Shown here: in pieces, positions 13,167 through 24,345 of the stretch
Numbering within the stretch: the stretch's first letter is position 1
Layout: each line of letters starts with the position of its first letter
Source: Heteronotia binoei
Lineage: Eukaryota
Reading direction: 5' to 3'
Length of the DNA: 64,000 bases
NCBI RefSeq assembly: GCF_032191835.1
Contig: NC_083243.1
Coordinates: 7,564,001-7,628,000 of the forward strand
Notes under the pieces: generated by a model
Told to the model about the DNA's origin: nothing
What the model saw: the letters and a program-made list of their open reading frames with translations, nothing else
The model's database searches: none
Program-made: the position numbers and the translations under genes

Positions 13167-13451
13167 GCAGCCCCGTGGCGCAGAGTGGTAAAGCTGCAGT
13201 ACTGCAGTCTAAACTCTCTGCTCACGACCTGAGTTTGATCCCGGCGGAAGCTCGTGGTTGACCCAGCCTTCCATCCTCCAGAGGTCGGTAAAATGAGGAT
13301 CCAGCTTGCTGGGTGGGGGGGAGTGTAGATGACCGGGGAAGGCAATGGCAAACTACCTCGTAAAAAGTCTGCCATGAAAATGTCGTGATGTGACATCACC
13401 CCAAAGTCGGAAATGATTGGTGCTTGCACAGGGGACTACCTTGACCTTTAC
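13167..13451 (+). mobile_element. tRNA-headed SINE with RTE/Bov-B-type tail (Sauria-SINE-like; other copies 14903-15104 +, 45201-45746 -)
   Basis: gcagccccgtggcgcagagtggtaaag head, gaaggcaatggcaaac motif, ggggactacctt(t)acctt tail. Confidence 0.72.
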
Positions 13452-13572
13452 TATTTTTTTTAATATGTGCATGTGTGTGAGAATGTGTGTGCACCTGAAA
13501 GTCATACTGACCTCTGGTGACTGACCCTACTGGAGGCTTGGAGGATATTCAGGGAGGTAACAGAATGAAGCC

Positions 13573-13665
13573 TGGCCCCACCTCTGGTATTCCAAGGAGG
13601 TCTCCCATCCAGGTACTTGCCAGAGTCGACCCTGCTTAGCTTCTGATGTCTGGGCTATCCAGGGC
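13573..13665 (-). mobile_element. 5S rRNA-derived SINE fragment
   Basis: Reverse complement reads gaagctaagcagggtcg..gtacctggatgggagacc..ggaatacc, matching the 5S internal control region. Confidence 0.65.
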
Positions 13666-15370
13666 AGGACTGAGTAGGCAGTACTGACTTTGATGGGCCA
13701 AGGGTCGATTTAGTATAAAGCAGCTTCATGTGTTCCGTCTTTTGTAAAACAACTCATTTCTTCAGATGGAATAGATACCATATTGTATCTGAAGAAGCGA
13801 GCTCTGTTTCATGAAAGCGAATAGTGAAATAAATATTTAGCTTGAAGGTGCCACTGGACATCAGATTTGTTTCTCTATGGCTGAGAACAGACGGGCATTC
13901 TGGGCGGCTTGGAGGCGTCCCGAAGTGGGGAGGCGCAAAAAGAGCCATCCCGAAGCCTCCATGCTGCCCCCATCCCGTCCCTGAGGCAGCTGGGTGCCTT
14001 CACACAGGAAGCTGGGTGCCTTCGCACGGGAAGGCACCCTAGAAGCTGGATTCTTTTTTTTTCCCCTTTGGGGGCAAGCACTGATGCGCTCCAGCGCTCT
14101 GTTTGGTTCAAGTAAAAAAAAAAAAACCTGGGAACAGCTTGGGGCGGCTTGGCAGCTCCATACTGCCAAGCAAGTCATCTCACATGCGCCCCTCCCCGTC
14201 CAGACGGCAATCCAGCGACTGACGTGGCCGGCTCAAATATTTGCGACCACTTTCAAAGTGGTAGCTATTTGAGCCAGGTGCCTGCCTAAGGGACAGCCGG
14301 CAGATGTTGCCATCTGCAGGGGGGTTTTGGGCCTACTTCAGATGCGCCTCAAAGTTGCCGCAAAGTTCCAGCCTTATCAGCCTATGATATAGGCTAATAG
14401 GGCTGCCTCACTGGAATTGTGAAACAGTGGCAATCTCTCCCTTGTTTTTTGAGCACATCACATCTGACAATGTGGGCAGAGAACACACAGTTAACGACAG
14501 AACTTGATTTCAGTCTGAGAGACCAAAAGTCATTTCAGCTCCTTGGCAAATTGCTGTCTATGTCTTGATTTGTGAGATCTGCAAGCAGTGGAGCTGGTTT
14601 CCAAGGACTTTGCTGCATCTCTGAATGATTTAGAGACAGAGGCTGTTGCTGGGGTTGGGAATAAAGAACCCACTGTTGAGGCTTTAAATTGGATAGCAAT
14701 TAATTGGTCCTTTGACAACTGCTCCAGTTAGGAGCTTAGGGGTGCAGTTGATTCTTCCCTTACTTTCCTTACGCTGGACAAACATGCATCTGTGGTTGTG
14801 AAGGCAGCATTTTATCACCTACGCTGAGACCACCAGTTGGCCTTCGATTTGCCCCACTTTGACCTTGCCACTGTGATCTATGTGACTGTTGCCACGTAGC
14901 TGGCTCAAGGTTGACTCATCCTTCCATCCTTTCGATGTTGGTAAAATGAGTCCCCAGCTTGCATGTTTGGGGGTAGTGTAGATGACTGGGGAAGGCAATG
15001 ACAAACCACCTGTAAAAAGTCTGCCAAGAAAAATGTCATGATGTGACATCACCCCATGGGTTGGTAACAACTCAGTGCTTGCACAGGGGACTACCTTTAC
15101 CTTTAATTCTATTGTATTGTTAAATATTTTACAAATGCATTTTAAATGCTGTATTAGTACCTTGACATTTACCACATTGGGAAGCCGCAAGTGCTTTCTG
15201 TAACACTCCCATAACTCATGAAAAAAACAAAACCTTGGATTCTCAAAATTGGCTGCCAGCTTCAGGGTGATCATAGGAGTGGCTGGGCCAAAAATGAAGG
15301 GAATCATAACACGCTGGTGCAGGCAGCCTCCAGAAATCCCTGCCCTGTCTGGCAACAACCCAGGGAGCTC

Positions 15371-15666
15371 TTGTTCATCATCATGGCTTCTGTGCAGGCA
15401 CACATGGGAATTGCATGATTGCAGGCTAGCTTCCAAGCTTTCTCAAGGAATTTTTTAGGCTCCGGAGTGCTCCTTCTTCCCCTCTGTCTGCAGAAATCCC
15501 TTTTCTTGCCCAAAGGGTCACATACCAGCGGCGGGGCAAGTACTCCTCCCTCAGTTCCATTCACTGCCTGTGAGGATGCCCTTAATGACTGGCAGCCCAC
15601 TGGCAGCCCGCAGCAGGGAAAGAAGGGAAGGATGTGTGCCTGCACAGAAAACCATTGGATGAACAA
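15371..15666. repeat. Old ~35-bp imperfect inverted repeat, possibly a MITE remnant
   Basis: 15371-15405 versus the reverse complement of 15632-15666. Confidence 0.5.
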
Positions 15667-15904
15667 CAGTTCCAGGTAAGTGCAGTCTCATAGTGAGTTG
15701 TGACTCATGAAAGCTCCTACCCTATCATCCCTCCCTTTGTCTCCCTTGTCTCAGATTTTGCTTTGTAAGCACCTTGGGACTGAGGCCTGTCTTCTTGTGT
15801 TCTGTATAGCACTATATACTCCCTCTAAGCTGTGGAATCTTGTGAGCAAGAGTTCTGCTTCATGAGCTATTGGCATTAAAGTTGTTGATCGCATTTTTAA
15901 GATG

Positions 15905-17250
15905 AACTTAGTTTTATTCAGAACGTAACCTTTGATCTGGGTTGCATTAGCATGGGAAACCATAAAACAGTAACATGTCAGAATGTGAGAATGCCTGTTA
16001 GTTATTCTATTGCTGATAAACCTGGATCAAAAAGAAGGCATTTCTTTCCCAGAAGTTTTTCCTGTCCAACTAATTTACCTTTTAACATGCAACATAAATA
16101 TATACATCATTCTAGTTTGCCATTAGGAAAAAATACATACACCCAGACAACACAATCACAGCATTAACTACACTGTCTCAGGCTCATTCACTTGATTATC
16201 ATCTAACATTATATTTGCCATTAAATGCCAACAATGCCCTTCAGTTCTCTACATAGGACAAACCCTCTGCCAAAGGATAAATGGACACAAATCTGACATC
16301 AGGAATTACAGAACGGAGAAACCTGTGGGGGAACACTTTAACCTTCCAAAGCATTCAGTGGGTGACCTCAGAGTAGCTGTTTTACTGCAAAGGAACTTCA
16401 AGAACAGAATGGAGAGAGAAATTGCTGAATTACAAATTATTATGAATCTTGGAACAAACACCTCCCCAGGACTGAACAGGGATATTGGTTTTTTATCTCA
16501 TTACAGATGCTAAACCCACACTCAGAACTTCAAGAACAGAATGGAGAGGGGAATTGCTGAATTACAAACTATTATGAAACTTGGAACAAACATCTCCCCA
16601 GGACTGAACAGAGATGTTGTTTTGTTTTTTTATCTCATTACATATCCTAAACCACTTTCACCAAGTATGGCGATATATCCACAGTATTTCAATGTATCTC
16701 TTTTAGGATAGTGTATCAGAATAATGCTTTTGTACTGACATACTCAAACAAGTGATATTGGTTGTTTATCTCATTACATATACTAAACCTATCTTCCACT
16801 ATATTTTAATGTATTTTTCCCTAATGGCAAACTAGAATGATGTATATATTTATGTTGCATGTTAAAAGGTAAATTAGTTGGACAGGAAAAACTTCTGGGA
16901 AAGAAATGCTTCTTTTTGACCCAGGTTTATTAGCAATAGAATAATTAACAGGCATTCTCACATTCTGACATGTTACTGTTTTATGGTTTCCCACGCTAAT
17001 GCAACCCAGATCAAAGGTTTTCTGAATTTATTAATTTTACTATTCTGCTATTGGTTTTTAACTTTGTATCACTTGGCATTCCAAATCCCACCAGCTATAT
17101 GTGGCTCTGCTTACTGTACCTCATCTGAAGAAGTGTGCATGCGCATGAAAGCTTACGGTTCTGAATAAAACTAAGTTGGCTTTAAAGGTGCAATCGACTC
17201 CTATTTTGTTCTACTACTTCAGACCAACATGGCTGCCTGTTTGGATCTGT
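15905..17250 (+). mobile_element. 5'-truncated Penelope-like element: inverted arm, GIY-YIG C-terminal fragment and pseudo-LTR with hammerhead motif
   Basis: 16139-16513 translates SGSFT*LSSNIIFAIKCQQCPSVLYIGQT..RINGHKSDIR..PVGEHFNLPKHS..REIAELQII..GLNRD; 15928-16138 is inverted relative to 16809-17018 with about 6 differences. Confidence 0.88.
17121..17160 (+). ncRNA. Penelope-type hammerhead motif in the pseudo-LTR
   Basis: CTGAAGA-A-GTGTG CATG CGCAT-GAAA-GC-TT; stem II can form with G-U pairs; stem I poorly paired. Confidence 0.55.
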
Positions 17251-20200
17251 GACATTAAAGTTGTGGGCTACTGCATGCATTACATTGTGCTGGTGTGGTT
17301 TTTCCTGAGCTGAGACAAAAATGTGTGAGCCAGAGGATAAAAAACAGTGAGCTAGCTCACACTAACTCAGCTTAGAGGGAACACTGCATGGCACTATACA
17401 AAAAAGGCAGTAACTCAAACCTTGCACAGGTGTTAAGGCTTTGTTTATCCTTAAACATCCAGAGTAACTTTTAAATGGAGTTGGAAAAAAATGAAATTGG
17501 CCAAGGAAAGCAGAAAGGAAGGGTGTGGTTGGATATTTAAACTGGTATCTTTTGCCTATAATGGGAGTGTTGGTATCTCAGTATTCTTTACCTCTTCCAC
17601 TCAGATTCTCTTGGATTTTATTGGGTTTCAGAGGTCAAGTAATGAAAACGCTTTCTTTGCACCTGGTTAGTGGCAGTCATGTCAGTCTGCTTGCTTCCTG
17701 GAAATGGCAAATGTCATGACTTTTATATGTTTCTTTTTTAAAAAAATCTTTACAAATCAAATTAAAATATGTGCTCCAAACTGGAAAACAGTTGGCCGTC
17801 CTCAGTGTAATTAGACCTAATGCATTCTCCTATCATAACTACTGAGAGCTAAGTGTGCCTCTGATTAGTTATGGCTATAAATATGCCTGGGGGTGCATTC
17901 TTCCCAGAAAGAATACCAATTAGGCAAGATAGAATGAAGTGGCATTGTCTGAAAACGGCAAGGCCTGAGAGGGATTCTAATGAAGCCTCTTTAAAGAAGC
18001 TTCCTTGAAGCCGAATAGCAAAATTGTGTTGCAGATGTAAATTCTAGCTTTAGAATCTGAAGGCAGAAGTTAATAGGCAGCCATGTTTTGCCAAAGCTGT
18101 AAGATTGCATTCAGATACATAAGACTGCATACAGCAAGCTGTAATCTAATTGTAGTTGGGCACAGATATGGTTTGTCTGCCTTATTCACTCTCCTCTTGT
18201 GTGCAAAGCTTGACTGGAAACTTTCTGACTCATGAAATAAAAATTAGCAGAGGGGCTTCAGAATGCTAGCAGAACCAACTTGAAGTGAAATACATGGAGT
18301 CTGGCCATCTCTAATGGTCATAGGTGTGGGGACAGAGAGAGAAACTGAGGGTTTGAACAATTACTGCAAGAACAGAGGAGACTTGAGGAGAACCATCTAT
18401 GTTCACCAGAGCCAGAACTGACTGCAAGGCCCTAACAAATGTATACTTGCTCACAAATCCTTTTTTTATTTTTTGCAGTTGTGTAGCTCCCAAGAATATT
18501 TTTATACAGGCAAGTCAAAGACAAGCATGGAAGAGACTGGAGTTTATTCCTAAGACTCAATGGTATGGGTTGGGGTGACTGTAACTCTTTGGCTCCACAC
18601 TTCCATAGACTTGTTTTAGAGACACGTTTACTGGGTGCAGCTCATTAAAGTTTCTACCATTTCATCAAATCACTTTCTAACACTCTTGAGACCTGATGCT
18701 GAGATAAATACCAGTACATTCTGGACAGCATGCAGAACCTGGGGTACATCTATATAATACAGTCAGCACCATCTAGACTAGTTCATACGTCTCAGTTCCA
18801 GCAGTTCCCTGGTGAGATCCCTTGTAAAGAGTCTTCATCCCATTGAGTAGTTGACCATCTGTAGATCTTACTGAGCCTGTAACCTGCAGTTCTAAGTGTT
18901 GCCCCTTGGGCTGGCATCTGCTCTAAGCAACTTCTCCGAAATGATGTCAGCTATGGCTAATCTCAAGATTCAGGATTTCTACCTGCATACCTTCTGGACA
19001 TTATTCTAAGATTGCCTTCAAGAGAATCAGCCTTCTGGAATTAAGTATACACTGTCAGAAAGTATTGACCATAGGTTAGTGGTCTAGGAAGGAAGAGAAT
19101 CACAGTAGGAATTGCATCTGTCAAAGTGAACTCAGATTGAAGAAAAGTTTTGCTGGAATATGAATTGGGTAGAACTGAGTTTCATCAGTGCCAGTATTTG
19201 GGAGTGGGACAGATTGCTATCATAAATGTCTTTTGAGCCACTCTTCAATCTTGTCTGCTTAGACTAACAGTGGCTCTCCAAGGTCTCAAGTTGAGGTCTT
19301 TCACACCTGCCTTATTACTTAAGGTACCAGGAACTGAACCTGCAGTTTTCTGCACGTGAAGCAGATGCTTGAGCACTGAGCAAGAGTTTTGGGAATCCAC
19401 ATGTCATATTCTCTTATTTGTTGACTTTTCTTCAGGTCCATTCAAAGGAGACTCCCGTAATTAGTCTCGATGCCTTCCCTACCTTCATGGTGATTCAAAT
19501 GGCCCATTTCCCCCTTGGATATGAAAGTAATAAGTTAGTCTTTCAAAATGAGAATTCTTTCCTCTTTTGAAATCTACCCTGAGTATTTCCATTCTTCTGT
19601 CGCTTAAAATCTCTTAACCTGAATATTTTCTATACAGAGTTTGGTTATGTTGACATTTGATGCAGAACAATTCCCATTGTATTGAGATGTGCTTATGTGG
19701 ACTTTTAGCTTGACTGTTTGGCAGGAAGCAGCTTTGCTGATTGGAAAGCCTCCCTCCCTCTTTTTTTCCTTTTACTGTCTTTATGTCTGCAGTACGTTGG
19801 GACAGTTCCAGTCAGTCTTGCTTCCTGAAAGCTCATTGGCACTCTAGGGGACCCTCCCCTCAAAAGAAGCACTGCCAAAGTACTGCTTCAACTTTGGACA
19901 GGAGGAAACTGCTTGGCCTTCATTCAAATGAATATTTTCAACCACCAGCTGCAGAGCCTCTCATGAAAAGTTCCAAATGCTGTCTTTTCCTCCGTGTAAC
20001 ATGTAACATATAATTAGACTAATAAAACGTAACGAAGAACAAATCGATCTGTTTCTAGTTCTCACATGGAGAAGTTCTTCTAACGCAGCACTGTAGTCAA
20101 CTGTGTAAATATTTTTGGTGTTTACTAGGAAGAGCTAAGTGGCTACGAGTAAGCTATGAACCAGGAAGGTCCCAGTTCAGATCTTGCTTCTACCATGAAG

Positions 20201-20739
20201 AGAGTGCCTGTTACTGGTGCCTTTGTTGTCATCAATGGTAATCTTGTTAGCTGGTTATTTGAGGTTTGCTGGGTTTTTTTAAAAGCACGTTTCCCCCTCA
20301 AAGATCAGTTGATTGTTCGTTGGTTAATTGCAGAAAACTTTAACCCAGCTGTAACTTCAGCTGTCTGGTTCCGGTAGCCATCAAAGCCTAGCTGTAAGTC
20401 TTGTCTGTGTATTCTTTGTTTTCCTTAACGCTGATGTGTAACTTCAGTTTCGTTAATGATTCACTGGAGCCAGACAGTGGTGAGAAATATTTCCATATCC
20501 AGTTGCATTTCTCAGTTCCAGGGAATTTCTTCGACCCCAACTGGATTTTCCCAAGTGTCATTCCTTGTTGGAACAATAGAACTAAAGATTATTAAAACCC
20601 CTTGGTGACTGGAATGGTTAGTAGGGTATTGAATGAAGCACTGGCGTTCTCATATATTTGGATTCCTTTGCTGCCGTTGTGGAGGCAAAGGGATGAGGTT
20701 CCCGACAACCTTTTTCTTTTTAAAAGCAGGCTGTGGTTT

Positions 20740-21180
20740 GAGTGCCATAAAAGTAAAACCAGCAATTATGAAAGCTGGCAGGAAGAAAGTTGATTCATTT
20801 GAAATGTGGGTTTGGAGGAGAGTTTTACGGATACTATGGATAGCAGGAGGTTCTAGATAAAGTTAAAAAAAAAACCCAGCAGGTTCTAGATAAATAAAAC
20901 CTAAACTCTTCCTAGAAGCTAAAGTGACCGGACTGTGAGGCTATGGGTATTTTGGTCATGTTATGTGAAAACCAGAGTTACAGGAAAAGACAATAATACT
21001 GCAGAAAGTTGAAGGCTGCAGGAAAAGAGGAAGAAACCTCCAATACGAGGTAGATTGACTCAATGAATGAAACCACAGCCCTCAGTTTGGAAGACCTGAA
21101 CAGTTAACAATAGGGCATTTTAGGGGGACAATAAATTTATAGGGTCATGCAGGTCAGAAGTGACTTGATGGCACATAGAA
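20740..21180 (+). mobile_element. Degenerate RTE-clade LINE 3' fragment
   Basis: RKKVDSFEMWVWRRVLRILW..; ..YFGHVM..EKTIIL..KVEG..RKRGR-like remnants. Confidence 0.7.
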
Positions 21181-21537
21181 CCGCCCCCCCCCCCCCCCCC
21201 ACACACACAGTAAGCCCCAAAGCTTCTTTGTGGAAGTTGGAAGCAACCTGATAACACTTAACACATAGGAATTATGAAGCTTTGTTAGCAAATGGAAAGG
21301 TGCTCTATATTATTGTGCTGTGTTCTAGCCAACCAGTTAGACACACATACTCTTAAGATCCATTCTAAACTGAAAGCAGGAAGGGTTGCATCAGTGCTTA
21401 GGTGTTATGGCCCCTTCTTTACACAGCCAGGGAAATGCTGTATGCCACTTTGGGTTCAGGCAGCAGTTTTTCTCCAGGCCAATATTCCAGGGATCCTGAA
21501 GAGTCCCCCCCCCCTCTTTTTGCCATCTTCTGGGCTT

Positions 21538-22005
21538 GGAGAAGAAGATATTGGATTTATATCCTGCCCTCCACTCCAAAGAGTCTCAGAGCGGCTCACA
21601 ATCTCCTTTACCTTCCTCCCCCATAACAGACACCCTTTGAGATGAGTGGGGCTGGAGAGGGCTCTCACAGCAGCTGCCCTTCCAAGGACAGAGTCTCAGA
21701 GTGGCCTACAATCTCCTTTACCTTCCTCCCCCACAACAGACACCCTTTGAGATGAGTGGGGCTGGAGAGGGCTCTCACAGCAGCTGCCCTTTCAAGGACA
21801 AAGTCTCAGAGCGGCCTACAATCTCCTTTACCTTCCTCCCCCACAACAGACACCCTGGAGGGCTGGAGAGGGCTCTCACAGTAGCTGTCCTTTCAAGGAC
21901 ATTCTCTGCCAGAGCTATGGCTGACCCAAGGCCATGGCAGCAGGTGCAAGTGGAGGAGTGGGGAATCAAACTTGGTTCTCCCAGATAAGAGTCCTCACAC
22001 TTAAC
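21538..22005 (-). mobile_element. Squam3-like SINE with an internal 110-bp segment present three times
   Basis: Unit starts gagtctcagag at 21581, 21691 and 21801. Confidence 0.82.
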
Positions 22006-22639
22006 CTCACAGGTAACTGTGGGGGTGCAGGGAGGGAGGTATTTATGAATGTTCTGCATTGTGCAGGGGTTGGACTAGATGACCCTGGAGGGTCCTTCCA
22101 ACTCTATGATTCTAAATAGTTGTGATCTGGATAGCCAAACAATCCATGTGGTGATCTTTCTTTCTTTAAGACTCAACATAAAAAAATTAAGCATGTTTAA
22201 AACATGCCAAGAAAGCGCTTGTGTTTTTTTCTTGTCATTCTTCTGTGGTATGCTAAGGAATAGATAACTGATTAAAAGGCCCTTGTTTGAGATGTTTCTT
22301 TTAAAGGATGGGCTGGATCCATACTCAGTATTTGTTGTTGTTGTTGTTGCTGTTTGTTTTCGATTTAGCTCGCCCTTTCCCACTTCTAACAGCAGAGCAG
22401 AACTTTTCTGCCAGCCCAATCTCACTGCAGCCATGGATCTTGCTGAAATATTGCTTTTGGAGGATGGAGGTTCTTAAGAATCATGTAAAAGGGAAATTAG
22501 GGATTTGCAGGAGGAAAGGGGAATAGGTGAAAATTAACTTTCCCCTTCCATTAGCAGAAAATTTAGACTGGATACAAGGTCAACATCTGCATGTGGCGTC
22601 TCTGCTGTGGCCCCCACCTTGTGGAAAGGCCTGTCTGAA

Positions 22640-23370
22640 GAATCATAGAATCAGAATGGATCTCTGGGGTCATCTAGTCCAACCCCCTGCACAAAGCAGG
22701 AAGCTCACAAATACCTCCCCTTAAGTTCACAGGGTCAAGAAGAAGTACTTCCTTTTGTCTGTTCTTAACTCGACTGCTCATCAATATCATTGAGTGCCCA
22801 CAAGTTCTTGTATTGTGAGAAAGGGAGAAAAGTACTTCTTTCTCTACTTCTCTATCCCATGCATAATCTTGTAAACCTCTTATCATGTCACCCCTCAGCT
22901 GCCCTTTCTCCAAGCCAAAGAGCCCCCAACCACTTTAACCTTTCTTTGTAGGGAAAGTGTTCCAACCCCTTAATCATTCTAGTTGCCCTTTTCTGACTTT
23001 TTCCAATGCTATATCTTTTTTGAGGTGTGGTGACCAGAATTGTGCACAATACTCCAAATGAGGCCGCACCATCGATGGGGCATTGTGATACTGGCTGATT
23101 AGTTTTCAGTTTCCTTCCTAATAATCCCCAGCATAGTGTTGGTCTTTTTTATTGCAGTTGCACACAGTCTCAATGTTTTCAGTGAATTATCTACCAGGAC
23201 TCCAAGATCTCTCTTGGTCAGTCTCCACCAGTTCGGACCCCATCAACATGTATTTATAGTTAGGATTTTTGGCTCCAATGTTCATTACTTTGCACTTGGC
23301 CGCATTGAACCTCATTTGCCATGCTGATGCCCACTCACCCATCCTTGACAGATCCCTTTGGAGTGCATTG
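22640..23370 (-). mobile_element. CR1 LINE ORF2 3' fragment
   Basis: Minus strand LQRDLSRMGEWASAWQMRFNAAKCKVMNIG..ERS; atcatagaatc tail. Confidence 0.82.
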
Positions 23371-23770
23371 TTTGGTTCAGAAAGATGCTTTGGTAAAGGG
23401 ATAGGAACTGTGAAATAGATCACTGTGTATAGTTTGTACTGTCTGTTTCTGTAAATAAAATCCTACTAGGTAATTTCTGCATCATTAATGTTTACTGTTT
23501 GTATTAGCACTGTTCAGATTTCTGTTTGGTTCCAGTTTTCTGCAATCCAAACCTATTGCATTATTTATTGGATGTCCCATCTTGACTTATACGCTGTGTA
23601 ATATGCCTTGTGCTTCAGTGAAAAAAGGTAGGCTATAAATAAAGTAAATAGAATAAAATAAATAGAATATACCAGAGTAAAGAAGGAAAGCAAAGCACAG
23701 TGAAGCAAGAGGGACCAGAATGTACCAGGATAATCAAGGCAAAGCAGCGTATACAGAAAAGGGATAGTTA

Positions 23771-24345
23771 CCGTATTTGCTGGCGTATAAGACGACCCCC
23801 CAACATTTCCACTCAAAATATAGAGTTTGTTATATACTCGCCGTATAAGACTACCCCCTCTTCTGCACACCTTCCACACACCAAATAAAAGGTAAAAGAA
23901 CATCAGATTTGATTTCAACATTGTATGGCCGCAGCACGACCGCAGCGCCTCCGGCCCGCCCCTGCATCTCCCTGTGACCGGCACTAGTGCACATGTGCGA
24001 GCTCTGCGTAGACAAGGGGCGGGGCGGAGTGCCGCTGCTTCCCGCCGAGCAGAACGGGCCGGTCACGCCGAAAAGGCTGGCACCCCTGTCTCGCTGCTGA
24101 TGCTCGCCGCAGCCATGCTGATGACCCGCTGCGGCCGCGCTGGATACCGCGCGATACTGGACGGTATGTAGAATGAGGTGGGCGGGCATCGGGAGGCCAC
24201 TATGGGCACCGGGCGGGCATCGGAAGGCCACTATGGGCAGCTATGTCTATCCCAACTGAAGTGCACCCGGCATATAAGACGACCCCCCCACTTGGAGGCA
24301 TGTTTTTCAGGGCAAAAAAGTCTTCTTATACGCCGGCAAATACGG
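23771..24345. mobile_element. Tc1/mariner (Tc2-like) non-autonomous element with CpG-rich interior
   Basis: TA|ccgtatttgctggcgtataagacgac ... gtcttcttatacgccggcaaatacgg|TA. Confidence 0.85.

Noticed and set aside
14819-15679. Cluster of overlapping 69-205 aa ORFs
   Set aside because: They run through a SINE and an old inverted-repeat element; no homology signal
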